64,000 bases of DNA from IMG/VR virus record IMGVR_UViG_3300031712_000005; one strand, given 5' to 3'. The DNA is from an uncultured virus (IMG/VR IMGVR_UViG_3300031712_000005) (taxonomy: Duplodnaviria > Heunggongvirae > Uroviricota > Caudoviricetes). How positions within the stretch are numbered: the first letter of the stretch is position 1; each line of letters begins with the position of its first letter. The notes below the pieces were generated by a model that searched no databases, was not told the DNA's origin, and worked only from the letters and a program-made list of their open reading frames with translations. The translations under genes were made by a program, and so were the position numbers. Shown in pieces: positions 9,228 to 19,415 of the stretch.

Positions 9228-10696
9228 TGAAGGGATTACTTCGGTCAGTCATTGACTATGGTGGTATTACTCAGGAGAATCTGAAGGCTAACTTTCAGAG
9301 GCTCACTCAGTCCAAGCTTGAATGGCCACATCCTGCGGACAAGCGCATCTATGACTTCCTCAGGAAGTACTTTCATCAGCGCCTTGAGATGCCTTCGAAG
9401 CAGACGATCATCGATCACTTCGAAATCAAGAAGGACCAAGAGGCTATTGAGCGGGTTGGGGACCATGAGGTAGCCCCTCCCTATAGTCGTACTAACTTCA
9501 CCCATTTACTACATGAGACTCTTGAAGAGCAGAATAAGATTCGGGCTATCACGATTCTGAAAGAGGCCCAGGAGATCATCACCAAAGGACTCATCGTTGA
9601 AGAAGAGACCAAGCGTGGTCTTCGAGACGGGGTGATGCACTTCGCGCGCAACACTCATCGCCTGTTGGTCTACGAACACAACTCCAGGATTGATGGTAAC
9701 ATCAGGGACGACGGACAGGAAGTCTGGGATGAGTACCTAGATGCCAAGGCCAACAAGGGCAACGTCTGGGGGATGTTCTGTGGCATCAACGGAATCGACT
9801 CGTTCGTCAAGGGAATCAAGAAAGGTGAGATGTGGGTTCATGCTGCTTTCGTAGGTGAACTCAAGACAACCTTCGCCTTGAACTGGTGCTACAACCTTAT
9901 CACTCGATACAAGAAGAGTGCTCTCTACATCACTCTCGAGATGCCGTATGAGCAAGTACGGAAGATGATCTACGTTATGCACTCTTCCAATGGTATTTGG
10001 AAGGCGCAGGGGTACAAACCTCTCGACTACGATGCCGTCAAAGACGGTAAACTCACCAAGGAAGAAGAGGAGTTCTACCAGCTCGTCATCAAGGACTTCA
10101 ACGAGAATGAATCCTATGGACGATTTGATGTTTGGGGTCCAGATGACGATATCACCATCGACGAGGTTCAGCAGTACGCTGAGTTGAGGCATCAGGAGGA
10201 ACCGATTCACCTTCTGGTCATCGACCACGGTGGACTCTTAGAGCCGCGTCGGAGGAAGAGGAACAAGGATTATACCATCGAATTGAACTCGGTTTTGCGG
10301 GACACTAAGAAGCTCGCACTCCACTTCAACCACGGTGAGAAGATCCCTATCCTGGTGTTGTTCCAGATCAACCGTGACGGCAAGGACTTCGCGGACAAGA
10401 ACGAGGGTCGCTACAAGCTCAGGGCCTTGAGCTATGCCAATGAATGCGAGCGTTCCGCTGACGTGGTGAGTACCACATACTTGAATGATGACCTTCGAAA
10501 GGAAGGGACTGTACAGTTTGACTGCCTTAAGAGACGCGATGGTCCACCATTCCAGCCCTTTAAGGCCAACATCAGTTGGGGTACCAAGAGGATCACCAAC
10601 TTTGATTCGTTCCACGGAGCGGATGAGCGAGGGATCTCTGTCGACGATGTGAACCTAGTCATGGGTATTGGGGCTGACTCGATGTTCCAGGTGTAG
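9227..10696 (+). CDS. dnaB: DnaB-like replicative helicase
   Basis: AFVGELKTT, ITLEM, LLVIDH, LFQINR, ERSADVV, LKRRDG. Confidence 0.85.
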   Translation: MKGLLRSVIDYGGITQENLKANFQRLTQSKLEWPHPADKRIYDFLRKYFHQRLEMPSKQTIIDHFEIKKDQEAIERVGDHEVAPPYSRTNFTHLLHETLEEQNKIRAITILKEAQEIITKGLIVEEETKRGLRDGVMHFARNTHRLLVYEHNSRIDGNIRDDGQEVWDEYLDAKANKGNVWGMFCGINGIDSFVKGIKKGEMWVHAAFVGELKTTFALNWCYNLITRYKKSALYITLEMPYEQVRKMIYVMHSSNGIWKAQGYKPLDYDAVKDGKLTKEEEEFYQLVIKDFNENESYGRFDVWGPDDDITIDEVQQYAELRHQEEPIHLLVIDHGGLLEPRRRKRNKDYTIELNSVLRDTKKLALHFNHGEKIPILVLFQINRDGKDFADKNEGRYKLRALSYANECERSADVVSTTYLNDDLRKEGTVQFDCLKRRDGPPFQPFKANISWGTKRITNFDSFHGADERGISVDDVNLVMGIGADSMFQV

Positions 10697-10698
10697 CT

Positions 10699-11367
10699 AT
10701 GCCACGACCTTCAACAAGACCCGAAGCTCGTAAGCTTGACTCCGACAACCTAGCGGGCGCCGCATTTCGCGAGTGGACCACTATACGCAAGGAAACCTTG
10801 CGTGACAAGGTGAAAGCTCACGACGTTCTACGACACTTTGGGGTGGCGCTCAAGTTCAGTGGTTCAGACCACAGGGAGCATATCCCATGTCCGTTTCACG
10901 ATGACAGAAATCCCTCGGCTAGTGTCTTCCCTGATGAGGGGGCCAACAGCCCTTCGGCTCTCTATTGTTGGGTTTGCTTTGGAGGTCATCGTAAGGACAT
11001 CTTCGACCTGTGGAAGACCTTCAAGGGCGATGAGGGGATGAAGTGGCATCAGATCCTTCGAGGCCTAGAGGAGGCTTTCGGGATCGAAGCACCTAAAGCA
11101 CCTACCCTGAGCCATGAGAGCTACGAGACCCTCAGGGGGCCGTCTGAAGAGGAGGTTGACGTGCAGGATCTATTGAACGTCTGTGAGCGACGTCTGCGGG
11201 ATTCAAAGCCTAGTTTCAAGATGGAAGGGTTCATGGTGGTGGGCCAGTGTCTGGACCGATTGCACCATAGAATCGAGAAGGGCCTCATTAGTCTTCCAGA
11301 AGCTAAAGCAGTAATTCGAAAGATACTCGACAAAATAAGCGAGAAAGTACGTGCCGAGGGAGCTTAA
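10699..11367 (+). CDS. stand-alone CHC2 zinc-finger (primase N-terminal-like) protein
   Basis: CPFHDDRNPS...YCWVC. No TOPRIM domain follows. Confidence 0.75.
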   Translation: MPRPSTRPEARKLDSDNLAGAAFREWTTIRKETLRDKVKAHDVLRHFGVALKFSGSDHREHIPCPFHDDRNPSASVFPDEGANSPSALYCWVCFGGHRKDIFDLWKTFKGDEGMKWHQILRGLEEAFGIEAPKAPTLSHESYETLRGPSEEEVDVQDLLNVCERRLRDSKPSFKMEGFMVVGQCLDRLHHRIEKGLISLPEAKAVIRKILDKISEKVRAEGA

Positions 11368-11791
11368 TCTCAATACCCACGAGATGGGTGATCTCAACCT
11401 CTACCTGATCTACCAGTACGGTGAGGTGTGGGAAGAGGAGTGGCGACCATTGCAAGGTGAGGCTATCACCAAGCTACTAACGGTTGTTTCACAAGAGATG
11501 ATGGACCATGCGCTCAAGGGTTTCACTCGACCCTTCATTAAGGCGCTGGGTATCCCCCCTGAGGGAGCTTTACGGAAGCTCCCTAATTCATTGTGTGATC
11601 GAAGAATACACTGTCCGTTTTATCACAAGAAAGAGTGTGTTCCGTTGTATAAGAAGATGCCTTCGTGCTTTGAGCCTGCGGGGATTGAAGATCTTGAGGC
11701 AAGAAGATTAGCTGGTGACTTCGTCCGGATGTGGCGGGCGGGGGTGTATCTAGTCGTGGTCGTCCACTCTGAACTTGTGGAAGGTCAATAG
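11351..11791 (+). CDS. hypothetical Cys-containing protein
   Basis: 146 aa, C..C..C..C cluster, within the replication operon. Confidence 0.7.
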   Translation: MPRELNLNTHEMGDLNLYLIYQYGEVWEEEWRPLQGEAITKLLTVVSQEMMDHALKGFTRPFIKALGIPPEGALRKLPNSLCDRRIHCPFYHKKECVPLYKKMPSCFEPAGIEDLEARRLAGDFVRMWRAGVYLVVVVHSELVEGQ

Positions 11792-11797
11792 GGATTT

Positions 11798-14700
11798 ATG
11801 GCTGACACTGATCTCGATGATTTGGATCTTGAAGAGGTTCTAGCTAGCATCCAACCTAGCCCGAAGGCGGCCCCCAAGGAACCACCCAAGGTGTTTACTG
11901 ACGATGCAGGGGATGATACTCCGCCCGAGGTTCCGAGCACGCCCCCGCCAGCCCCCGCGCCCGTGAGGTCCTTCTTCAGTGATGATGACTCAGGGGATGA
12001 CGACATGGACCCTGAAGCGATCATGGATAGCATGGGGACTTCTGTTGAGCCCCAGCTAACGGATATCTTCAAGGCGTGGATGTACTATCACGAGTTCGTG
12101 ATTGTCGACTCCATCGAGCAACTCGAGGGGGTTATTGAACAGGCATTCAAGACTGGCAAGTGCTCCTTGGATCTTGAAACCCAGGGTTTGGACAACAGGA
12201 TCTACAATAGGAACCCTGACAGTATTCGGGGTCCGTTTGAGGAATACTGGGATGGTCCGAGACCGGCTCGTGTCTTGCAAACTGTTCACAAGATCGTAGG
12301 CTACTGCCTAAGTCCCGATGGCTACACTGGATACTATGTTCCAGTTCGCCATACTGACGAAGGATCCAAGGCTAACCTGGACCTTGTCGCAGTTGGAAAG
12401 CTCATCAAAAAGCTGTGTCTGGCATCCCAACCGGTTATCAAGCCAGAGGGTAGAGTCATCGACCCCCTGGCTAGCCCGCTAATCGAGCCCGCCAAGGTAA
12501 AGCTATTCTTTTGGCATGCAAAGTTCGACCAGGAGTTCTTGCTCCCTGTCACTGGGATCGACTTCTGGCATCCAGAGTCATTCGAGGATGGGATGTTAGT
12601 GTACTACTGCATCTACACGAACGACAAGAACCTCAGCCTCAAAGACAAGAGCAAAAAGAAGCTCAAGGTCAAGCGAGGTGCAGACTTCATCACTGCGCAT
12701 ATCAAGCCAGACCCCAAGAACGCAAAGCATGAGCTCGTGGAAGAGTCTCCAACAGGGACCTACATCAACTACGAGATGATTGAGCTGAAGGACTTGTTCC
12801 GACGAGGGAGGCCTATCGAGTTCGGGTCTCTTAGTCCGGATGAGGTACGCTACTACGCTTGTGCAGACGCTATTTGCACCTACCTCCACTGTGATCACCC
12901 AGAGATTCAGTCTGCTATCAAAGACAAGAAGTTCGCTGGGATCTATCGAATTGAGAAGCAGGTTGTCCAAGTTCTCAGATGGATGGAGCGCAACCGTATC
13001 AAGATTGACCATGAGTACGTCCGCAAGTTGTTCTCTGATGCTCGAGAGGAGGCTGACGGTTACCGCAAGCAGATCGTTGCTCTTGCTGAGCAGAAGGGCT
13101 TCTCTGGATTCGATCCTCAATCAACTCAACAACTCAGTGAGTTCCTGTTCGCAAGCCCCAACGGGCTAAACATAGAGCCCAAGCCGGAGAAGACTAAGGA
13201 CGAGATCAGGAATCAGTACAAGACTGATGCCGATACCCTTGAGAAGTTGGTTGAAAACCACCCTGACATCAACCCGATTCTAATCACTATTGTGAAGTTC
13301 CGGCAGGTAGAGAAGGTGATTGGCACCTACCTCACAGGCATGTTGAACAACTGTGACGAGAACTCCGAGTTGAGATACCAGTTCAAGCAGACCGGAGCAC
13401 CTACCGGACGCTTCACCGCCCCCTCGGGAGATCCTGCTCACGGGTATGGTGGCATCCCTATCCACGGTATCCCATCGACCTACGATGAGAAGAAGCCCAA
13501 GGTAGCAACTGCCTTGCGTAAGGCCTTCGTCGCCCGAACTGGGTACACCATGGTCAAGGTTGACTTTGCTGGTGAGGAGTTGCGTATTGTAACTAACCTC
13601 TCCGGGGAGCCAGTGTGGATCAAGGAGTTCAACGAGGGATCTGGGGACTTGCATACGATCACAGCCAAGGCCTTCTTTGGCAACGAGATCACCAAGCAAC
13701 AGCGCCAACAGGGTAAGATGGCCAACTTCTCCCTCGTGTATGGTGGCGGAACCATGGCGATCATGAGGGCCACTAAGTGCAGTCAACAGGAAGCCGCTCG
13801 AAGGAAGCAGAACTTCGATAAGGCTATGCCTGTATTCTCTGAGTGGGTCAAGAAGCAGAAAGCTCTAGTTAGAAGGGACAAGGGCGTCTACACAGCCTTC
13901 GGTCGGTGGATGGCTGTTCCTGATGTGGATTCACCTGATAAGGCCATAGTAGCCGCATGCGAACGCTACTCACTGAACTACCCGATTCAAGGTAGTGGTG
14001 CGGACATCATGAAGATGGCCATGGTGATGCTCTACAAGGAGTTCTCCAAGCAAGGGTGGATCCAAGGGGATGACCCCAAAGCCCGCTTCATGTTGACAGT
14101 ACACGATGAAATAGTGTTTGAGGTCAAGCACGAGATGCTCATGGAGATCATGCCCGTCATCGAGCGCATTATGACGGAACCGGGCAGGATGAAGAAGTGG
14201 AAGGTTCAGTTGGAGGTTGAACCCCTGATCGATGCCCACTGGGATCCGAAGTACGACTTCCACAAGATCATGAAGGGTTACATCCCCGAGTCCGGTAAGA
14301 AACCAAAGGACTCAGACATCAAGGTTGGAGACAGGTACTATCAAGCACCACCCCCTTGGCTTAAGGACATTTTGGTACCAGACTACATGAAGGCTGGGAC
14401 GAAACCGGATGAGCCGAGCGGAAGCCCACCTGCAGGTGATCCACCACCTCCGGCGGAGACCCTAAAAGTAGCGAGCCCAAAGGTAGAAGCCAAGTCAGAA
14501 CCAAAGAATGAACCCAAGCCAGTTGATACTCGCCCTAGCGCGCCCCCGACCAACGGTAACGGCAATGGCAATGGGAAGGAGAACTTCCTTGTCGGATTGA
14601 AAAGCCTGAACCTGACCAGAAGGTCGATTCGAGAAGTGGCTGGTCTTTGCATGCAATTCTATGACCCCAAGGGTAAGGTACTGGTCCTCATCGATACCGA

Positions 14701-14806
14701 GTCCAACCAAACCCTAATTGGCCCTGAGATGAAGATTACAGTGGACCCAAACCTTTTCGGGAGAGAGATAGACCGATTGAACCTCGGAGTCGCCAGTGTC
14801 CAATAG
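11798..14806 (+). CDS. polA: family A DNA polymerase with 3'-5' exonuclease
   Basis: Exo LDLET. Motif A VDFAGEELR, motif B RQQGKMANFSLVYG, motif C VHDEIVFE. Confidence 0.95.
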   Translation: MADTDLDDLDLEEVLASIQPSPKAAPKEPPKVFTDDAGDDTPPEVPSTPPPAPAPVRSFFSDDDSGDDDMDPEAIMDSMGTSVEPQLTDIFKAWMYYHEFVIVDSIEQLEGVIEQAFKTGKCSLDLETQGLDNRIYNRNPDSIRGPFEEYWDGPRPARVLQTVHKIVGYCLSPDGYTGYYVPVRHTDEGSKANLDLVAVGKLIKKLCLASQPVIKPEGRVIDPLASPLIEPAKVKLFFWHAKFDQEFLLPVTGIDFWHPESFEDGMLVYYCIYTNDKNLSLKDKSKKKLKVKRGADFITAHIKPDPKNAKHELVEESPTGTYINYEMIELKDLFRRGRPIEFGSLSPDEVRYYACADAICTYLHCDHPEIQSAIKDKKFAGIYRIEKQVVQVLRWMERNRIKIDHEYVRKLFSDAREEADGYRKQIVALAEQKGFSGFDPQSTQQLSEFLFASPNGLNIEPKPEKTKDEIRNQYKTDADTLEKLVENHPDINPILITIVKFRQVEKVIGTYLTGMLNNCDENSELRYQFKQTGAPTGRFTAPSGDPAHGYGGIPIHGIPSTYDEKKPKVATALRKAFVARTGYTMVKVDFAGEELRIVTNLSGEPVWIKEFNEGSGDLHTITAKAFFGNEITKQQRQQGKMANFSLVYGGGTMAIMRATKCSQQEAARRKQNFDKAMPVFSEWVKKQKALVRRDKGVYTAFGRWMAVPDVDSPDKAIVAACERYSLNYPIQGSGADIMKMAMVMLYKEFSKQGWIQGDDPKARFMLTVHDEIVFEVKHEMLMEIMPVIERIMTEPGRMKKWKVQLEVEPLIDAHWDPKYDFHKIMKGYIPESGKKPKDSDIKVGDRYYQAPPPWLKDILVPDYMKAGTKPDEPSGSPPAGDPPPPAETLKVASPKVEAKSEPKNEPKPVDTRPSAPPTNGNGNGNGKENFLVGLKSLNLTRRSIREVAGLCMQFYDPKGKVLVLIDTESNQTLIGPEMKITVDPNLFGREIDRLNLGVASVQ

Positions 14807-15419
14807 ACGAGACTTCCTCAAAGATTGCCACGCCCAAGTCAGCAAGCAGGTCAAGGAGCCTCTTCCCTTCGATACTTTCGGTGCTGCCTACTGCGCGCGT
14901 TGTCTTCAACCTGAGTGCACGCGGAGTACTCACGGATCGACTAAGTTTGACCAAAGGGTCGCTACTTGGCAAGACCGACTATTCTTGAATGTTCCCAGAA
15001 TGGATCAAGATGACCCGCGGTTCGAGGATATCTCACGTAAGGAGTTCACTCCGATTCAAGAGTCTCTAGTGGTCCGCGGTTGGGGAGGTGAGAGCTCCCC
15101 TGAACCCCAAAAGGAATTTGTACCAGAACTTCTAAATGAGCCAGTCATAGAAGAGGTACCCACGAACGACGAGCCGCCCCAGGTGTATTTTCAGCCAACT
15201 AACACAGCCCCTTCCATTTCCAGAGACACTTTGCTAATGAATACTCCTGTGAGTAACGAGCAGTACTTGCCTGGGGCTCCTAGACCATCCGATGCCTTGG
15301 GTAGGCCCAAGAAAACTATTGACTCTTGGGGGGCACCAGAGCAAAGTACGCCTTCTGAAGTAATTGTCAAGGCCGGGGCTACTGTCAGATTTGGATCTGG
15401 TTCCGGTGTATCAAAATAG
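14796..15419 (+). CDS. hypothetical protein with Zn-finger-like N-terminus
   Basis: C...CARC...C followed by a Pro-rich tail. Confidence 0.7.
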   Translation: MSNRRDFLKDCHAQVSKQVKEPLPFDTFGAAYCARCLQPECTRSTHGSTKFDQRVATWQDRLFLNVPRMDQDDPRFEDISRKEFTPIQESLVVRGWGGESSPEPQKEFVPELLNEPVIEEVPTNDEPPQVYFQPTNTAPSISRDTLLMNTPVSNEQYLPGAPRPSDALGRPKKTIDSWGAPEQSTPSEVIVKAGATVRFGSGSGVSK

Positions 15420-15429
15420 GAGTAATCAA

Positions 15430-15615
15430 ATGGCGCAGGCAACTTGGGAAGAAGAAGTGTTCCCGGACGGTCATGTCGAAACGGGTCACATCAAGGGTAT
15501 CACAGGTCAAAAATGTGATGGTATTGTCCAGCAGTATGCAGCAATGGGCAATATGGTGAGTGATGAGAAGGTACCTAGTGGCTTCCGAGACGAGGTCCAC
15601 GAGACTCACTCCTGA
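15430..15615 (+). CDS. DUF2997-like small protein
   Basis: PDGHV...KGITGQKC...MG pattern. AGGAG RBS. CGGTGTA at 15404. Confidence 0.7.
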   Translation: MAQATWEEEVFPDGHVETGHIKGITGQKCDGIVQQYAAMGNMVSDEKVPSGFRDEVHETHS

Positions 15616-15681
15616 TTTTTCTACCTTTGAGAACAACTAGACACTAGGATTTCATCATAACCTTCGAAAGGGTTAGTTTCT

Positions 15682-16029
15682 ATGTCACATCGAGCAAGGT
15701 TCGAAACCACAATCAAGAACATGGACATTGCCAAGAGGGCATTGACCAGAAACAACATCGCTTTCTGTGAGAGCGGGACTCGCTTGACGCTTCAGACCGG
15801 CGCCTATCGGGAAACCGAGATCGATACTCGGACGGGCGTGGTTACTGGGGCTGATACAGACCAGAACGTCTCAGCTACGAACGACAACATCGGCTCACTG
15901 CGCCAGATGTACTCCGTCGAGGAGCGTTTGGAAATGCACTTCAAGGTCGGGACGTCGGTAACCAGCCAGTTCACGCGAATGAACGACAACCAGAAGGTTG
16001 TCGTTCTCTGTTGCTCCAAGGAAGCCTGA
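15682..16029 (+). CDS. DUF1257/Ycf35-like protein
   Basis: MSH...TTIKN...KRAL...LRQMY pattern. Sits between DUF2997 and the AAA gene. Confidence 0.7.
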   Translation: MSHRARFETTIKNMDIAKRALTRNNIAFCESGTRLTLQTGAYRETEIDTRTGVVTGADTDQNVSATNDNIGSLRQMYSVEERLEMHFKVGTSVTSQFTRMNDNQKVVVLCCSKEA

Positions 16030-16055
16030 CCTACTAGACCCCCTTGGACCTTAAC

Positions 16056-16104
16056 CACGAAAGGCCCACAATACTTGAAAAAGTTGTGGGCTTTCGTGTT
16101 TCTT
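16056..16104 (+). terminator. intrinsic terminator
   Basis: CACGAAAG(G)CCCACAA...TTGTGGGCTTTCGTG followed by TTTCTT. Confidence 0.7.
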
Positions 16105-16111
16105 CGGTGTA
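16105..16111 (+). promoter_or_regulatory. YGGTGTA element
   Basis: CGGTGTAGTAT immediately after the terminator, 30 nt before ATG 16142. Confidence 0.65.
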
Positions 16112-16141
16112 GTATCCACGTCATTCATTGGGAGTATCAGA

Positions 16142-17710
16142 ATGCCTTTTAGCTCAGAGTTAGTTCATCACCTGCGGGCTCTCACCAGGGTTATTTACGT
16201 TGTAACCGATGAAGAGGACTCCTTCATTCAAGAGTTCCGTAAGCAAATGCCGAAGTATGCGGATAGGACATTCGTCTTCAACCGTGCCTTTGGTATGCTG
16301 AAGATTGATGACCTAATCACTGACTGGATTGAGAGGCGGCATGCACGTGGTGAGCAACAGGATTTTCACTCAGCTCTTCAGAAGGTCTATCAGGATGACC
16401 CTCGCGAGTTCGAGCACTTCTACTTGTTCACTGACCCGGACATCATCCTGGATGACGAACTGGCGGTTCGTCGGGTACTCAACATCATTCACCAGTTGCA
16501 CCAAGACCCTCAGATTGTCAAGTGTCTCATCTTCGTTGGTAGTTCTCGCTACATCCCTCAGAAGCTGTCTCGTTACGTCGAGGTAGTCGAGCTCCACGGG
16601 TTAGGTCAAGAGGATCTCTGCAAGGTGGTCACTGATAGTTGTGCCAACTTCAAGATTGAACCCCCTGCGGATTACGTCAGTATGTTCCGTGGGTTCACGA
16701 GCTACGAGGTGGACCAGGTAGTCACCCAAGCCATGGTATCGGCGATGGAGGACCCGCGGGGTGAGAAGGTCCTTGACCCTAATTTCGTGTCTGAGTATCG
16801 GCGCAAGCAGATCCGAAAGACCGACTTGGTTCAGATTGTCAACACCAAGCGGTTCACTTTCGCGTCCGTGGGGGGTGTTGAGCGCTTCAAGGAGTGGGCT
16901 TTGGCTACCAAGTCCTGCTGGACCCCGGAGGGTCGTAAGTTCGGGCTTAGGGTCCCTCGTGGTGTTCTGCTCATGGGTGTCTATGGGTGCGGCAAGTCTC
17001 TCAGTGCTAAGGCTCTCGCCTCCGAGTGGGAACTGCCCCTAGTTCAATTGGAGCTGGGTCGACTCCGTAACCCCGCGGTAGGGAGGTCTGAGAACAACCT
17101 GATTCAAGCACTTCGGATTATCGAGACGGTTGCCCCCTGTGCAGTCTGGGTCGATGAGGCTGAGAAGTCTCTCGCGGGTGGTGCCTCTTCGGCTCAGTCT
17201 GATGCTGGTACCACGAGCCGTATGCTAGGCATACTTTCAACCTGGGCCCAAGAAATGGAAGCCCCGGTGAGTATGATCCTGACTGCAAACTCACTCAAAA
17301 ACTTGCCCCCCGAGATCGTCAACCGTTTACCGGATCGGTTCTTCTTCGACGTACCGGATGAACAGTCAATAATTGACATTCTCACGATTCACGCAATCGA
17401 CTTCTCTCAGGACATCTCCTCGTTTCAGCTAGGGGATCTAGCGAAGGCCGCGAGTGGTTTAGTGGGTCGCGAGATCGAACAGTGTGTTGAGTCTGCTATG
17501 ACCGCTAGCTTCAATGCAAAGAAGCCTATGCTGGATGAGGGAATTCTCTGTAGTGAACTCAAGGCCAAGTCGAGGATCACTTCTACCATGAAGGATGAAA
17601 TCAACGAGTTGGTTGATTGGGTCGGATACAATCCAGAATCTGATGATGGGGTCAAGGCTAAGTTGGCGTCCCCTAAGCGTCGGAAGTCTGGTCTCAAGCT
17701 GATGGTGTAG
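16142..17710 (+). CDS. Ycf46-like AAA+ ATPase
   Basis: GVYGCGKS, WVDEAEK, TANS...LPPE...RFFFDVP. Inactive N-terminal domain. Confidence 0.85.
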   Translation: MPFSSELVHHLRALTRVIYVVTDEEDSFIQEFRKQMPKYADRTFVFNRAFGMLKIDDLITDWIERRHARGEQQDFHSALQKVYQDDPREFEHFYLFTDPDIILDDELAVRRVLNIIHQLHQDPQIVKCLIFVGSSRYIPQKLSRYVEVVELHGLGQEDLCKVVTDSCANFKIEPPADYVSMFRGFTSYEVDQVVTQAMVSAMEDPRGEKVLDPNFVSEYRRKQIRKTDLVQIVNTKRFTFASVGGVERFKEWALATKSCWTPEGRKFGLRVPRGVLLMGVYGCGKSLSAKALASEWELPLVQLELGRLRNPAVGRSENNLIQALRIIETVAPCAVWVDEAEKSLAGGASSAQSDAGTTSRMLGILSTWAQEMEAPVSMILTANSLKNLPPEIVNRLPDRFFFDVPDEQSIIDILTIHAIDFSQDISSFQLGDLAKAASGLVGREIEQCVESAMTASFNAKKPMLDEGILCSELKAKSRITSTMKDEINELVDWVGYNPESDDGVKAKLASPKRRKSGLKLMV

Positions 17711-17718
17711 TAGCGTGC

Positions 17719-18897
17719 ATGCCCAACTTGGTAGTATCGGACTCAGCAAGTCTAGACATTGAGGTTGTCAGCTCTGCCAATCCAAATTCAAACTTGCTGA
17801 GATCGATTCGTCTGATATTACCACAGAATGAATCGATTCGTCAGGTATTCCTTGATGCCCAAATGGAGCGTGATCTAGACGCTCCTGTTCGTGTTGACCG
17901 TCAACGGCTTCTCGGAGTACTGCATGAGATCTACCCGCACGATGAGATTCAGGATGTTTCTGAGTACCTAGCCGACGAGTTCGAACAGATTGGCGATGGG
18001 ATCCTTCTGGTCTCCAAGGATACCGGCAAAGCGATAGCCAAGATCTCTGAGGACAGCCTGTATGAGGCCTCCCCTGTCATGCGCGAGAGTGGTAATACAG
18101 TCGAGCGGGGAGTGATGATTAGGCCTGACGTCGAGGCTTTCCTGAGTTACTGGTCATTCGAGCATGAGCGTGAGAAGAACGTGCGAACACTTGCTCTCTC
18201 TCGATTGAACCAGACGGAGTTGCAACGAGAGGAGGGTGACCGGAGAACCTTGATCCTATCAAGGGAAGGTCGACTTAGCCTTGCTCAAGAAGTCCAGGAC
18301 TCGGTTGGCCATGCTTTCGAGAAGAAGTCTGATTCTGGGTACTCATCTCTCTTGGATTACTTTCCAGTAGGCGGTAGTCTCACTGAGCCTTGCACGCCTC
18401 TCAAGATCATTCTTTGGAGTCGGGTTCAAAGAAAGATTCAGGATCAGCTCACGTCCAACCCGAAGTTCGACCCCCTGACCGCCACGTTGGCTGCTGTGAC
18501 GTCGTCGTGGAAGCGATCGATAGTCAGCACCCTCCTGCAGGAAGCAGCCCGCGCACGAGAGGATCTATGGCCTGTAGACGGGATAGCAGGAGCTATCGAG
18601 GATCATGGGACAGGTGGTATGTGGTTCTGTGAACCTAACCTGGCTCGGGCCTTATTGGACAAGGGTTGCCGAGTATTCTCGGCCCAAGGTCCATCAAACA
18701 TAGCCCTCCATGTGTATCGACAGGCAGGGTACCTAGAGCTTGACGAGAACAAGATAGGTACCAACAATCGAGAGGTGCATGACCGCTGGACTATTGAGTC
18801 TGCTGCAGAGGTCACTCTTCATGTTCGCTGGGACTTCGTTGATATTATCATCATAAACGGGGACTTCACATCCGGAGTCAGCGTCGAGGTAGCCTGA
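17719..18897 (+). CDS. hypothetical protein
   Basis: 392-aa ORF. TGGTGTA (17703) 9 nt upstream. Confidence 0.75.
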   Translation: MPNLVVSDSASLDIEVVSSANPNSNLLRSIRLILPQNESIRQVFLDAQMERDLDAPVRVDRQRLLGVLHEIYPHDEIQDVSEYLADEFEQIGDGILLVSKDTGKAIAKISEDSLYEASPVMRESGNTVERGVMIRPDVEAFLSYWSFEHEREKNVRTLALSRLNQTELQREEGDRRTLILSREGRLSLAQEVQDSVGHAFEKKSDSGYSSLLDYFPVGGSLTEPCTPLKIILWSRVQRKIQDQLTSNPKFDPLTATLAAVTSSWKRSIVSTLLQEAARAREDLWPVDGIAGAIEDHGTGGMWFCEPNLARALLDKGCRVFSAQGPSNIALHVYRQAGYLELDENKIGTNNREVHDRWTIESAAEVTLHVRWDFVDIIIINGDFTSGVSVEVA

Positions 18898-19181
18898 TGT
18901 TCTATTCCTTCAAGGTTCAATCCAAGGACGAAGTCCTAATACCCTCGCGCGCTCTGATCATCGGTGAGGGGATCGACGTCTTCAATAGGGTTATTGATGA
19001 CCTACCAGAGTTTCTAAGGGAGCTCGGGTGCCTAGAAGTCAAAGTACTCGAGTATCATCGGTTGGACGAGATTCAACCACTACCACATCAGGATTTAACT
19101 ATGACTTTTGGGGGTAGACCGCTTTACGGACTTACGCTACCATCGGGCAGTGAGCAGCCTCCTTCGGAAACGGAAGAATAG
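18897..19181 (+). CDS. hypothetical protein
   Basis: TGATG coupling with the upstream gene. Confidence 0.65.
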   Translation: MFYSFKVQSKDEVLIPSRALIIGEGIDVFNRVIDDLPEFLRELGCLEVKVLEYHRLDEIQPLPHQDLTMTFGGRPLYGLTLPSGSEQPPSETEE

Positions 19182-19395
19182 CTACGTTATTGCAGTATCG
19201 GCCTACGAGCTTTCCGGGTTCCTCAACAAGCAAGAGGCTGATGGGTTCCGCGCTCTCTACCAGCGCGCCCGTACCCTAGAAGAACAAGATCAGGTCAAAG
19301 CCGCTCTTGATCATCGAATTGACGGATGGAAGACCGATACCGACCGTTACTCTAGAGTGCTGCAGAATATTGCTGAAGCACGTGACAAGGACTGA
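19108..19395 (+). CDS. hypothetical protein (TDRYSRVL near C-terminus)
   Basis: Helical-looking ORF filling the gap. Start uncertain. Confidence 0.6.
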   Translation: MGVDRFTDLRYHRAVSSLLRKRKNSYVIAVSAYELSGFLNKQEADGFRALYQRARTLEEQDQVKAALDHRIDGWKTDTDRYSRVLQNIAEARDKD

Positions 19396-19415
19396 TTCAT
19401 CGGTGTAAGAGGGGA

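Noticed and set aside
6590..14806. Inteins or introns in the helicases or polymerase
   Set aside because: No intein C...HN/C boundaries or LAGLIDADG blocks seen. The extra length is low-complexity extension.
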